Of a stretch of 64,000 nt of DNA, positions 51,487-63,236 are shown piece by piece. The DNA is taken from positions 192,001 through 256,000 of the forward strand of contig CAWGED010000008.1 in assembly GCA_963821525.1 (NCBI GenBank). Reading direction: 5' to 3'. The notes under the pieces were generated by a model. The model was given only the letters and a program-made list of their open reading frames with translations. It made no database searches and was not told the origin of the DNA. Source of the DNA: an uncultured Gemmatimonadales bacterium. Lineage in GTDB: Bacteria; Gemmatimonadota; Gemmatimonadetes; Gemmatimonadales; GWC2-71-9. Within the stretch, counting starts at the first letter, position 1; every line of letters starts with the position of its first letter. Position numbers and translations under genes: made by a program.

Positions 51487-52702
51487 TCACTGGGGAAGCT
51501 TGGCGAGACGATCCTTGGCCGACGCTATCTGTTTGTCGTACCGGCTCGGGGCCATCTCGATGAAATGGGTGAACGACATTCGGGCGTCAGGAATGCGATT
51601 CAACTGGACATATCCGATGCCCAGCCAGTAAAGCGGGCGGGAATCCCGGGGGTTGGCATCCGCAGCACGCTCCAGCATCGCAACCGCCTCCTCCATCTGG
51701 CCCGCCTTGCCCAAGGTCACGCCGAGGTCGGTGAGGAGGCTGGGATCGTCGGGATTGGCATCCACCGCGCGGCGCCGCTCGACGATCGCGGTCGTGAAGT
51801 CACGCTCCATCTCCGCCAGCCCGGCCAGCTGGACGTGCGCCATGTAGAGCCCGATGTCGTTGGCCAGCGCTTCCTGGTACAGCTGCCGCGCCTCGGTGAG
51901 CTTCCCGGCGGCCTGGTGGATGGTGGCGAGGGTGTAGCGATACTCGTTGGTCCGCAGTGAAAGCGGTGGATCGTATCCCTTCTTTTCTCGCTCCTTGGCA
52001 CGGGTCGAGTCGCGGCTCATCAGGGTGCGGAAATGAGCGATGGCGTCGTCGTACTTGGCGATGTGCGCCGCGGCGAGCCCCTTATACCAGAACACGGCAT
52101 CCGGGACCCGGTCGTCGTAGTGGTCGCCGTCGATGGACTTAATGAAGGCGGCGAAGCGGCCGTTGCAGTCCTCGTATTTCCCTTCCTGGCAGTCCACATA
52201 GCCCTGGAGGTACAGGCCCCATTCTTCACCCCAGGCCTTGGTAATGCCGACGAAATCGGGGCTTGATGGAGTGACCGCGCCGATGATCCGCAGATCCACC
52301 AGCGGGTCGATCATGAATGCGTGGCGGAACTCCCGGTCCGCCTCTTCGAGCTTCGGCTTCCACTCGGCGGGCACCTCGTCCTCGTAAGCCTCAACGAAAA
52401 GCTTGGATCGCCGGGCATAATGGCAGGTAGGCAAGACCCAGAGTGTGCTACCGCGAAGCGAGGCTCCACCTGAATCGCGGCTCTGAGCTGCTTTTCCGCT
52501 TCGTCGTAGCGCTTCTCGCTCCAGTAACCCAGGGCGAGGTTGTAGTGGGCCGCGGCGTCGTTGGAGTCTTGCTTGACCCGCGCCTCAAGCTCGGGAAGCT
52601 TGAGTCCGACGTCTTGATGCGCTGCGCGGAGCCGTTCGAAGGAAGTGCCGCCACCATGAGGATGGCGACAGAGGCGGACATCCAAATCCGTAGCTTGCTC
52701 AT
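51487..52702 (-). CDS. Secreted TPR protein (paralog 2); frameshifts near 52600 and 52440
   Basis: Signal peptide; DSNDAAAHYNLALGYW, DPLVDLR, NEYRY and NDIGLYMAHV. Confidence 0.8.
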
Positions 52703-53878
52703 TTCATGGTCTCCAGTCGGTGGCCAGCCTCCACGATCTGCTCCTGGAACCTGCTGGGCGCCATCGCGATGAATCGGGTGTAGGCCTCTTTAGCCTCCTC
52801 TGTTCTGCTCCAGCTTTTGCGCGACCGATCCGAACATGTAGAGAGCGCGTGCGCTTCTCGGATTGGCCTGGACCGCTTTCTCCAGGAACCCGTAGGCGTC
52901 GGAGAGCTCGCCGGCGCGGTAGAGGGCTTCGCCCATGTCGTACAGCAGGGCGGGATCCTCGGGACTCGCCTCGAGCGCACGGCGCCGCTCCTGCAAGGCG
53001 CTCTTGGTGCGATGCTGCTCCTCGTACATCTCGGCCAGCCTTACATGAGCCATGTAGAGGCCGAGGTCGTTGGTCACGGCCTCCTGAAGGAGCTTGATCG
53101 CCTCGGCCTGCTGTCCCGCCTTGTCCAGGATCACCGCCAGGGCATAGCGAAACTCGTTGGCATCAGCGAACGCCACCAACTCATTGGAATCGGGATTCTC
53201 CCGCGCCACCGCGCGGTCGAGGAGAATGCGGAAGTCGCTGACTCCGCGGGAATACTGGAGGGTGTGGGTTGCCGAGAGGCCTTCGTACCAGAGGAACCAG
53301 TCAGCGAATTTCTTGCGTTCTTCCTCCGTGTAGCCTTCCGCGATGGAGCTGAAGAACTGGTAGGACTTGCTGTAGTCGCCGGTCCAGAAACGGCCCAGCC
53401 CGTTCATGATGTAGGTGTAGATCGCGGCATCGCGCCGCGACAGGCCGAAGGTGCCGGTTGGCGGAATCATCAGCGCTAGGGGCCTGAGATCCACCAGCGG
53501 GTCCAGCAGGTAGGCTTGATTGCGCAGGTGGTACGCCTCTTCCACCTTCGGCAACCACTCCGCCGAGACCTTTCCCTTCTCTACATCGCCCCAGAGCCCC
53601 GAGTTGCGGGCGAATGGGAGGTAGGAGAGGGCGAGGTAGGCCGTCGCCGTCTTCGGCTCGATCGCGATCGCCTCGCGCAGATGCGCTTCGGCAAGATCGT
53701 ATTTCTTCGCGAGCCAGTAGCCGAGCGCGACTTCGTAGTGGGCGGGTGCATCATTCGAATCGCGCTGCACCCGAGCGATGAGAGAATCCAACGGAACCAA
53801 CAGCTTCGCCTTCTGAGCCTGAAGCGGGGTCGCCGCCAGCAGGCACACACACGCCAGCATCCCTCTCTTGAGGAACAT
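52699..53878 (-). CDS. Secreted TPR protein (paralog 1); frameshift near 52800
   Basis: Signal peptide; DSNDAPAHYEVALGYW, DPLVDLR, NEFRY and NDLGLYMAHV. Confidence 0.82.
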
Positions 53879-53916
53879 CTGGGCAGGCTCGCTGAAATGG
53901 GATGAGAAGAGTATGA

Positions 53917-53951
53917 CAGAAACCCCCGCGTGGCGCTAGCGGGGGTTTCTG
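53917..53951. terminator. Hairpin, terminator-like on both strands
   Basis: 13-bp inverted repeat CAGAAACCCCCGC/GCGGGGGTTTCTG. Confidence 0.6.
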
Positions 53952-54021
53952 AAAATTTCTTGTGCCGTCAAGAAATACGACGAATTAATCTGAGGTGTCG
54001 GATTTTTGCTAAGGGTTTCTC

Positions 54022-55727
54022 CTACTGACCGCCGGACTTCGCTTCGTAGACCACTTTTCCCCCCACGACCGTTGCACGGACCTGCGCCGATTCGATCGCT
54101 TCAGGCTGAATGGAGAATAGATCCTGGTCCAGTAGCACCAGGTCGGCCCGGTACCCGCGTCTTGATCATGCCCCTCGTCTTCTCGGCAAACACCCCGTAG
54201 GCATTCCCGCCGGTGTAAGCACGGAGCGCCTCATCGAGCGAGATCTTCTGATCGGGGAGCCAGCCACCGGGATTCTTGCCATCCAGCGTCCGGCGAGTGA
54301 CGGCGGCATAGAGGCCGAGGATCGGGTCGATGGGCGCCACGGTCCAGTCGGAGCCGAAGGCGAGGTGCGCTCCCTTGTCCAGCAAGGAGCGGAAGACATA
54401 GCTGTCGTGCACCCGCACGGGGCCGAGGCGCTTCTCCGCCCAGCGGCCGTCGTCGATGACGTGATACGGCTGCATCGAGGCAATCACGCCGAGTCGCGCA
54501 ATCCGCTCGACGTCCTGGGGTCGAAGGTGCTGGGCGTGCTCGATGCGGAACCGGCGGTCCCGGGTTCCGTGCGCGCTGCCCACGCTGTCGTAGATGTCGA
54601 GCAGCATCGCGTTGGCTCGCTCGCCGATGGCGTGCACTACCACTTGCAGGCCCGCGGAATCCGCGGCACCGATCCAGGCTTTCATCGAATCGGGGGGATT
54701 GGTCAGCAGGCCTGAAGTGGACGGGTCGTCGCTGTAGGGTTCGAAGAAGTACGCCGTGGTCGAACCCAGCGAACCATCCATGAATCCCTTCACGCCATCC
54801 AGACGGACCCAATCGTCTCCCGGACCGTCAGCCGCGACGGTGTCCGCTACCCGGTGCCAGTCGGCGAGGGCCGGGAAGAGAGCCACCCGCACGGTCAGCG
54901 TGCCATTGTGCCGGGCGCGTTTCACCGCCGCCACCTGCTTCCATCCCGCGCTCACCGATGCGATCGCGGTGACACCCTTCGAGGCGAGAAACTCCATGGC
55001 GCGAGCCACCGCACGGTCGTCTTCCTCGGCGGAGTTGTCCGGCACCGCCTCATAGGCCGGATCCATCGCCCCATCCTTGAGCACGCCGGTCGGGTTCACC
55101 GGTGCGCCGGTCGCGCACGATGACGCCACCTGGGATGTCAGGAGTCTTGCGATTGATCCCTGCCGCCTTGAGGGCCAGGCTGTTTGCCAGCGCCATGTGG
55201 CCGTCGAGCCGGCTTACCAGCACCGGATTCCTGGGCGTGACGGAATCGATCCACTCCTTGCGCGGGAGTGGAGTGCCGGGCCAGCGCTCGTGATCCCAGT
55301 CTCCGCCGAGAATCCATTCTCCGGGGCGGCGTTCGGCCGCGAAATTCTTGAGGCGTGTGATGAATTCGGCCGGCGTCTCGGCGCTCCGGAGATCCACGCT
55401 CGCGAGCTGGTAGCCTCCGTCGAGGAAGTGCACGTGCCCGTCCATGAATCCGGGAGTCACCAGCGCTTTTCCGTTGGACAGGATCCGAGTGCCATCTCCC
55501 GCGTACCGCGCGATGTCCGCGCTGTCACCCACCCCGATGATGGTGTCGCCGCGAGTGGCGACCGCCTGAGCCCACGGTGCCGCGGAATCCCCGGTCCAGA
55601 TCCGGCCGAAGACGACGAGGTCGGCAGGACGGGAGGGGGCGCATGAAAGGGCGAACAGGGCGAACAGGATGGACATGGCGGACATGGTGGACCGGCACGA
55701 GGTAATGGGACGAGGATTAACCATCAC
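54022..55727 (-). CDS. Amidohydrolase family 3 (YtcJ-like), probable lipoprotein; frameshifts near 55100 and 54160
   Basis: PGFMDGHVH, DGH, K.FMDGSLG, HAIGERA, RIEHAQ and GSDW. Confidence 0.9.
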
Positions 55728-55941
55728 TCTTGGATCCGGGGATTGAAGAAGCCGGTGGAAGCACGCGCGAGGTCATCAGCAGGTCACGGATGTCGAGCAG
55801 GATCTCCAGCATGAGCTGATCGCGCTGATAACCCGCGTCGAGCTCCGCCATGCGGCCAGTCTGCTGCTCGGTTCGGGCCCGATCGTACTGCTCGCGATAG
55901 GTGGCTTCGAGATTGGCCAGAATGCGATCTCGGGGGCGCAT
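55717..55941 (-). CDS. Small hypothetical protein (74 aa)
   Basis: Helical ORF ending QLMLEILLDIRDLL. Its stop overlaps the amidohydrolase start. Confidence 0.65.
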   Translation of the reverse strand: MRPRDRILANLEATYREQYDRARTEQQTGRMAELDAGYQRDQLMLEILLDIRDLLMTSRVLPPASSIPGSKSDG

Positions 55942-56024
55942 GGTCGTCGTCGGATGAATGTGCGGGAGATACTCGGGCGCAGTAGCTTAAAGCATCCCCA
56001 GCCTTCCGCCAACCTCCGAGGACC

Positions 56025-57275
56025 ATGGCGCGTTGCTTTCCGGTCAGGACACTCTGTCTCGGCTTGCTGATCGCGCTGCCGAGCGTCCTCCTATCCCAGC
56101 AGACAAAGCCGCGAGCCCGTGACTGGGGCATTCCCTTCGGCGGAACCCCTGGACCGCTCAACGCCATCACCGACGTAAAGGGTATCGAGGTCGGTCAGGT
56201 GACGCTGATCGAAGGTGAGGGGAAGCTGCAGCGGGGCAAGGGTCCGGTCCGCACCGGGGTTACCGCCATTCTGCCGAGGGGGAAGAAGGATTCCGATCCG
56301 GTCTTCGCCGCCTGGTGGACCCTGAACGGCAATGGCGAAATGACCGGGACGACGTGGGTCGAGGAGTCCGGGTTCCTGTGGGGCCCGGTGATGATCACCA
56401 ATACGATGAGCGTCGGCGTCGTGCGTGACGCGGTAATCGAATGGGCCATCGAACGGGGCTACGACGATTTTCTCTGGGCGCTCCCGGTCGTGGCGGAGAC
56501 CTGGGATGGCGGGCTCAACGACATCGACGGCTTTCACATCACCAAGCAGCACGCGTTCGATGCGCTGGATAAGGCGGCAGGGGGGCCGGTCACCGAAGGC
56601 AATGTCGGCGGCGGGACCGGGATGGTCTGTCACGAGTTCAAAGGCGGGATCGGGACTTCGTCCCGCAAGCTGAGCAGCGCGGCCGGCGGTTTTACGGTCG
56701 GCGTACTGGTGCAATGCAACTATGGCATCCGCCGCCGGCTGAGCATCGCGGGAGTGCCGATCGGTCAGGAGATTTCAGATCTGATGCCCTGCTACGTCGC
56801 GGGGCCGCCGGTGGAGTCGCCGGGTCCGGAGTATCCGACCTGCGGCGGGAAAGCCACCGGGCTCATCCCCGAGGACCCGGGGGCCGAACGCGGTTCCATC
56901 ATCATCGTGGTCGCGACCGACGCGCCGCTCCTGCCCCACCAGCTGAAGCGCCTCGCAAAGCGGGCGGCACTTGGCGTGGGACGCATGGGCGGACTGGGCG
57001 GGGATTCCTCAGGAGACATCTTCATCGCATTTTCGACTGCCAATCCCCATGCCGCGGTCGCCGACAGCGGCGCCCGCACGGTTCAGCTGTGGCCCAACGA
57101 CCGGATCAACTCGCTTTTTGAAGCGACGGTCGACGCCACCGAGGAAGCGATTACCAACGCGATGGTAGCCGCGGAGACGATGACCGGCGCCAACAGTCTT
57201 CGGGTCTTTGCGTTGCCGAGGGAGAGGGTCGTGGAGTCGCTGCGAGCGCACGGACGGATAGTTCGGAAGCCTTAA
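56025..57275 (+). CDS. P1/S58 (DmpA-like) aminopeptidase
   Basis: NAITDV, RTGVTAI, NGNGEMTG, PVVAET, KGGIGT, NYG and the GSIII autocleavage site. Confidence 0.92.
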   Translation: MARCFPVRTLCLGLLIALPSVLLSQQTKPRARDWGIPFGGTPGPLNAITDVKGIEVGQVTLIEGEGKLQRGKGPVRTGVTAILPRGKKDSDPVFAAWWTLNGNGEMTGTTWVEESGFLWGPVMITNTMSVGVVRDAVIEWAIERGYDDFLWALPVVAETWDGGLNDIDGFHITKQHAFDALDKAAGGPVTEGNVGGGTGMVCHEFKGGIGTSSRKLSSAAGGFTVGVLVQCNYGIRRRLSIAGVPIGQEISDLMPCYVAGPPVESPGPEYPTCGGKATGLIPEDPGAERGSIIIVVATDAPLLPHQLKRLAKRAALGVGRMGGLGGDSSGDIFIAFSTANPHAAVADSGARTVQLWPNDRINSLFEATVDATEEAITNAMVAAETMTGANSLRVFALPRERVVESLRAHGRIVRKP

Positions 57276-57296
57276 GGCACTCAACCCAAGAACAAG

Positions 57297-58091
57297 ATGA
57301 CCGAGCCACGACCCACAGCTCTTGTCACGGGTGCATCGAGCGGCATCGGGCTCGAGCTGGCCCGGCTCTTCGCCAAGGGCGGCCACGATCTCATCCTGGT
57401 CGCCCGGAACGAAGCCAAGATGAACGAGCTCGCGCTCTATCTCGGCAAGATGTACCGCTGCAGCGTCGAGGTCATTCCGGCCGATCTCAGCCAGCCCGAA
57501 GTTCCCGAGGCGCTGGTGGAGGAACTGAAGACTCGGGGACTCACCGTGGACGTGCTGGTCAACAACGCGGGGTTCGGCGAGAGCAAGCCGTTCGTGGAGC
57601 AGGATCTCCGGCGGATCATGGAAATGATCCAGCTCAACATGACGACGCTGACTCAGCTCACCCGGCTCATCCTGCCCCGCATGATCGCCGCCAAGCAGGG
57701 GAGGATTCTCAACGTTGCCTCGACGGCCGCGTTCGCTCCGGGCCCCCTGATGGCGGTCTACTACGCAACCAAAGCGTACGTGCTCTCGTTCTCCGAGGCG
57801 ATAGGCAACGAGCTCAAGGGGACCGGCGTCACCGTGACGGCGCTCTGTCCCGGGCCTACCCGGACTGGTTTCGCGACGGCGGCGGGCGTGACCAACACCA
57901 ATTTGTTCAACGCTCCCGGCGTCATGGACGCCGCACCCGTGGCAGAGGCCGGTTACCGCGGGTGTATGAAGGGGAAGGCCGTCGTCATTCCAGGCTTGCT
58001 GAACAAGGTGCTGGTGTGGGGGATCGCGCTTAGCCCCCGGTGGATGGTGACGCCGATCTCTCGGCGGTTGCAGGAGCGGAAGGTGGAGTAG
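57297..58091 (+). CDS. SDR-family oxidoreductase
   Basis: TGASSGIG, NNAG and YYATK. Confidence 0.9.
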   Translation: MTEPRPTALVTGASSGIGLELARLFAKGGHDLILVARNEAKMNELALYLGKMYRCSVEVIPADLSQPEVPEALVEELKTRGLTVDVLVNNAGFGESKPFVEQDLRRIMEMIQLNMTTLTQLTRLILPRMIAAKQGRILNVASTAAFAPGPLMAVYYATKAYVLSFSEAIGNELKGTGVTVTALCPGPTRTGFATAAGVTNTNLFNAPGVMDAAPVAEAGYRGCMKGKAVVIPGLLNKVLVWGIALSPRWMVTPISRRLQERKVE

Positions 58092-58210
58092 TCGATGGGT
58101 CGTGAGTCTTGGTCATGAGAGTCTCAGGCTGAGTTCGGTCTCTCCCCAAGCGTCGACCATGACTCACGACCCATCGACCCATCGACTCACGACTCAAGAC
58201 TCAACGACCC
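58091..58210. repeat. Inverted 7-8-mer array (GTCGATGG/GTCGTGA ... TCACGAC/CCATCGAC)
   Basis: Read directly from the sequence. Confidence 0.8.
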
Positions 58211-58217
58211 ACACGCC

Positions 58218-58538
58218 ATGACTCTCCGCGACAGCCAAGCCCGGGTCGACGCCTGGATCAGCCAGTTCGAAGAAGGCTATTTCCCGCCGCTCACCAACAT
58301 GGCCCGCCTCAGCGAGGAGGTGGGTGAGCTGGCGCGCGAGATCAACCACCGCTTCGGGCAGAAGACCAAGAAGAAGGACGAGCCCGAGGGCGATCTCGCC
58401 ATGGAGATGGCCGACATCCTGTTCGTCATCATCTGCATGGCGAATCGGGAAGGGATCGATCTGCAGGAAGCGTTCGACCGGATGATGGCAAAGGTCGAGC
58501 ACCGGGACACGACGCGCTGGACCAAAAAAGGGCGCTGA
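58218..58538 (+). CDS. MazG-like nucleotide pyrophosphohydrolase (YpjD type)
   Basis: YFPPLTNMARLSEEVGELARE and EMADILF. Confidence 0.9.
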   Translation: MTLRDSQARVDAWISQFEEGYFPPLTNMARLSEEVGELAREINHRFGQKTKKKDEPEGDLAMEMADILFVIICMANREGIDLQEAFDRMMAKVEHRDTTRWTKKGR

Positions 58539-61444
58539 ATGGACGACTCGCTCGAACGACTCTCAGCCGCCCTGGCCGGCCGCTACACGATCGAGAGCCG
58601 GGCTGGTCAGGGCGGAATGGCCACGGTCTACCGGGCGATGGATCAGAAGCATCACCGGCTGGTGGCCATCAAGGTGCTGCGCCCCGAGTTGTCGGCCACG
58701 GTCGGATCCGAGCGCTTCCTGCGCGAAATCGACATGTCGGCCCGCCTGCAGCATCCCCACATCGTGCCGGTGTATGACTCGGGAGACGCGAACGGCGTCC
58801 TCTACTATGTGATGCCCTTCGTCGAAGGAGAATCGCTGCGCGACCGGCTCACCCGGGAAGGGAAGCTGCCGTTCGAAGAAGCGGTCCGCCTCAACGGCGA
58901 AGTCGCCAGCGCGCTCGCCTACGCCCACGCTCACGGCATCATCCACCGCGACATCAAGCCGGAGAACATCATGCTGTCGGGCGGGCACGCCGTGGTGACC
59001 GACTTCGGCATTGCCCGGGCGCTCAGCGCCGCCACCGACGGGGGACCCCAACTCACCGGCCTCGGCCTCGCGATCGGGACGCCGGCGTACATGAGTCCCG
59101 AGCAGGCGACCGCCAGCGAGGTCGATGCCCGGAGCGATCAGTATTCGCTCGCCTGCGTCTTCTACGAGATGGCGACCGGCCAGGCCCCCTTCCGCGGGGC
59201 CCAGGTCCAGGCCGTCATCACCCAGAGCCTCACGGGGCCGAGGCCGCGGGTCAGCAGGGTCAACCGAGAGACTCCACAAGAAGCCGACGCGCCGGTACAG
59301 CGAGCGATGGCCGCCGATCCGGCTGCCCGCTATGCCACCGTTCAGGAATTCGCCGCGGCGCTGGAGAAGATCGCCGGCGGTGGCGCAGGCGCGGTCGAGG
59401 AGCGTCGCCGGCTCAAGCGCCTGGTGATCGGTTTGCCAGTGGGCGTCGCCTTGCTGGCGCTAGGGTGGATCCTCTTCGGACCCCGACGCAGCGGACCGGT
59501 GATGCAGGGGGCCGAGAGCATCGCCGTGCTTCCCTTCACTGCGTCGGGTCAGGGAGTAGACCTGATGGGCGAGGGGATGGTCGATCTCCTCACCACCAAC
59601 CTGAATTCCGTGGGCGGCATCCGTGCGGTGGATCCCCGTACGGTAATGGCCCGGGTGAAAAAGGCCGGTGCCACGTCGGGCATAGATCTTCAAACGGGAC
59701 TCAGCATTGCCCGCGACGTGAAGGCACAGGCGGTCGTGCTGGGAAGCATCGTGGCAACCGGAAATGCGGTGAGGATCAGCGCCGACCTCTACGGCCAGGA
59801 TGGGAAATCGCTGGCCCATGCCCAGGTAGACGGAGCGGCGGACAGCGTGCTGCCGCTGGTAGATGGCCTGAGTCGTGAGCTGGTGAGAGAAATCTGGCGA
59901 TCGAAGGAGCCGGTTCCTTCACTCCGGGTGAGCGGACTGACGACGGGCTCCCTCACCGCGATGCGAGACTACCTGACGGGTGAGCAGTTCTACCGCCGCG
60001 CCGAATGGGACTCGGCGGCCGCCGCGTTTGGTGCCGCGGTCGAGGAAGATTCGACGTTCGCCCTCGCGCAATTCCGGCTGGCGATGGCGCTCGGCTGGAA
60101 GGGCGGGTACGCCCTGCCCCAGGCCCGCGCGGCCAGCGAAGCCGCCCTTCGCTTCGCGACCCGCTTGCCACCGAGAGAAAAAGCGTTGGTTACGGCCTAC
60201 CAGCTCTTTTCTTACGGGCGTACCGCCGCTGTGGACAGCATGCGAAAGTATGTCGCAGCGTGGCCGGACGACATCGAGGGCTGGAACCTGCTGGGAGAAA
60301 CCCAGTATCACACCCGGGAGCGGAACGGCCTCGACCCAGCGACGCTGGAGCAGCCGTTCGACAAGGTGATCGCGGCGGATTCCTCGCTCACTCCGTCGAT
60401 GATCCATCCGATGGAGCTGGCGCTGGGGATCCGGGACTCGGTCAAGTTCAACCGGTACCTGGCGCTGTTTCGCTCGGGAGCGACTCGCCGGAGAGTACGA
60501 GGCGTTTCAAGGCCGCTGGCGATCTGGTCTGGCGTGGGATCCCGCCCGACAGCCAGGCGATCAAGCATCTGGCCAGCCAAATCGGCGCGCTGATGGCCAC
60601 GTTCAAGGCTGCGCAGGTCGATCCCAAGACCAGCTCCGATATGGTGCTGGACCGCTACGCCATCGTCGCGAAGACAGCCCTGGTCGCGCAGCCAACCGAT
60701 CAGAATCGGCTGCAGCAGATCGCCGCCCGGGGGATGCTCCTGACCAGTCTCGGCCGGTTTGCCGAGGCGAGACGCCTGGCCGACTCGATGGGCGCGACGG
60801 GTCCGGCGGCACTGCACACGTCCGGTGCCATTTATGTCTTTCCCGTGTTGCTGGGTATCGCTCCACCGGGTTACGCCGATTCCACGATCGCGCACATGTC
60901 AAAGATTCCGATCAACAGCCCCTTCGAGGGCTTCGTCGTCGCCGAGACCTATCTCGGTCACGGCGATGTAGCGCGGGGTGGCCGAATCATCGACAGCCTG
61001 TTGGCCAGCGACACCACGAAGTACCCGGATTTCCTCCGCGGGGCGCTGGTTGCGGGTCAGGGCTGGAAGAGGATGGCCGCCGGGGATACGGCGGGCGGGA
61101 TTGCACAGATGAGGCGGGGCATCGAGGCATTGGGCCTCCAGGGCGGGCCGATCATCAGCGGCGCGGTCCGCCTCCAGTTCGCGCTCGGTCTGGCCTCTCA
61201 GGCAGCCACGCGGGAAGAAGGAATTCGGCTTCTCGAAAATGGCTTCGACAGCGACCTCCTCTTTACGCCTCTCACGTTTCTCGCGCTGGGTCGGGCGTAC
61301 GAGGCGGCCGGCAATCGCCCCGCCGCGGCGGATGCGTATGCGCAATTCCTGAGACTCTGGGACAAGGCCGATCCCAAGGTCCAGGGGAGAGTGCAGCAGG
61401 CGAAGGATGGGCTGGTGCGGGTGACGGGGGAGCCGAAGAACTGA
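58539..61444 (+). CDS. Ser/Thr kinase with TM, TolB-like and TPR regions; frameshift near 60490
   Basis: GQGGMATVY, HRDIKPEN, DFG, TM helix, SIAVLPF, TPRs and C-terminal W..AD. Confidence 0.9.
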
Positions 61445-61445
61445 A

Positions 61446-61546
61446 ATTGCAGAATTGAAGATTGCAGATTGACGATTTATTGAGGGATTAGGGATAGAGA
61501 ATTGCAGGCAGTTCAATCTTCAATCTGCAATTTTCAATCTGCAATT
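61446..61546. repeat. Inverted heptamer array (TTGCAGA/TTGAAGA ... TCTGCAA/TCTTCAA)
   Basis: Same unit family as the arrays at 5241 and 7536. Confidence 0.85.
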
Positions 61547-63169
61547 CCCCCCCTTCGAACGGGCCTGAGGGTATCCACCCGCTCCTTCCAGCGCTTCCGG
61601 TCATCCGAGAGTGCTTCGAGAAATTCGGCGAGCACCTTGGATCGCACGATGCTATAGAGGATGATCGCCACGGAAGGCACGAGCACCGCCACAAAAATCC
61701 CCACTCTCAGCCAGCCAAGGTTGGTCGGCGTAGGCGAAGAGATTCATCCCCAGGATTCCCGTCGCGACCGTTCCGATCAGGCCTAGCGCGGTGACTACCG
61801 TGAGCCGCACCACGGTATTCGCTTGTCGCCGCAGGCTGTCGCTGTCCAGGTAGTCATTCATGTCCTTTACTTCCTCCCGCACTTCGGCGAACAACTGGTC
61901 GGTCCCCAAATGGCTGGCCCACATCCGGAATAGCGCCCGCGCTTGATCCTGGGTGGAAACTTCGTGGAACCAGTAGCGGTGAGTGAACCGGAGGAACGTC
62001 TCCATGGTTCGCCGGATGACGCGCTTGAAAATTTTGACCGATTCGACATCCCGCACGTTGAGCCGGCTGATTGCGAGCACGAGGCGGTCAGACAGCATCA
62101 GCAGCGAGGCGCGATGGAAGTGGCTCAGCAGTCCGAGCCTCGCGTACTGGTGGCGGAACTGGCCGAGCAGGCCCCCCTCAGGGTCTACGAAGAAGGGATC
62201 GTTCGCGCTCCCTACCATGGCGAAGGCATGCCCGGAGCAGAGATACCGGGTATTGGTGTCATGGGGCCGTCCGCCGGTGCCCAGTAGCGGTCGTAGCAGT
62301 AGCGGGACTCGAAGTCCATCAGCGATCGAGCCGAGAAGGGCAGCGTGTCCGCATCCCGGAAGGGGCGCCGAGGGCCAGGCGGGCAAAGGTCGCGCGGCTA
62401 AGGGCGGCCGGGTTGTCGAGCGCCAGGTAGGCCATCCACGGCATGCGGGTAGTACTCGATTTGCCGGTAGCGCGAGAGGGCCTGGCTTGTCGCTGTCATG
62501 ACCCACCAGCGGCTCCAGCAGGTATTCCCAGTGGGAAGCGATACAGGCAGTCCGATGCTCCGCCACGAAGCGGAGGTAGCGATCTCGTTGCTCGAAGTCC
62601 GAGGTGGCGAGAACGGCCCCGTTGGACGAGATCCACTCTACCCGCTCGAGGCAGTGGCCGCCTCGCCCGTCGGTATTCCAGAAGGCGGGGAAGGCACGGC
62701 CGAAGCGAAACAGGGTGTCCTGAATGGTGGGAAGTGGCAGATCCTCGGCGCGGATCTCGAGGGCGAGAACAACAATCTCTACATCGAAGAAGAAGTAGAG
62801 CTGGACGCTCTCTACCGCGAAATCGATCGGTTGGGAACCGCGCTCGAAGGTGAGGCGGGCCGTTGCGATATCGTCGCGCTGGAGGATCCGGATGGGCGAT
62901 TGCCCTGGAGTCCCCTCTGATCCCTGCGGCTCACCGTACAGGCAGCGCTGCACATAGGGCAGGAAGCTTACGAACTCACTGTACTGCTGTTCCCTGGAGA
63001 GATCGGCACCGACGCCACGCACCTTCCGCCAAGGGCCGGCCAGGCTTTCCAGCACCTCCCACGGTGGTGTACCCCTGCTGGCCTCGACCGAAACCAGCTG
63101 CAGAGGCCACAGCAGGATCGCGTGGAAGCGTCGGACCTGGGGCGGAGATCCAGCGGCAGCGGTCGTCAT
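61534..63169 (-). CDS. CorA-like membrane protein (GMN motif) with long N-terminal domain; frameshifts
   Basis: ILLWPLQL, FLRFTHRYWF, RLT followed by a TM helix, LGMNL and a second TM. Confidence 0.7.
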
Positions 63170-63236
63170 GAGAGTGATCCGGAGATGAACTCCATATGAC
63201 CACCGCCGTTGCCCGGATCGGCAAGAGGCGAGGGTC

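Noticed and set aside
5241..61546. Intergenic arrays as CRISPR or IS/MITE ends
   Set aside because: Units are 7-9 nt with no repeat-spacer periodicity, no cas or transposase genes, and no target-site duplications seen.
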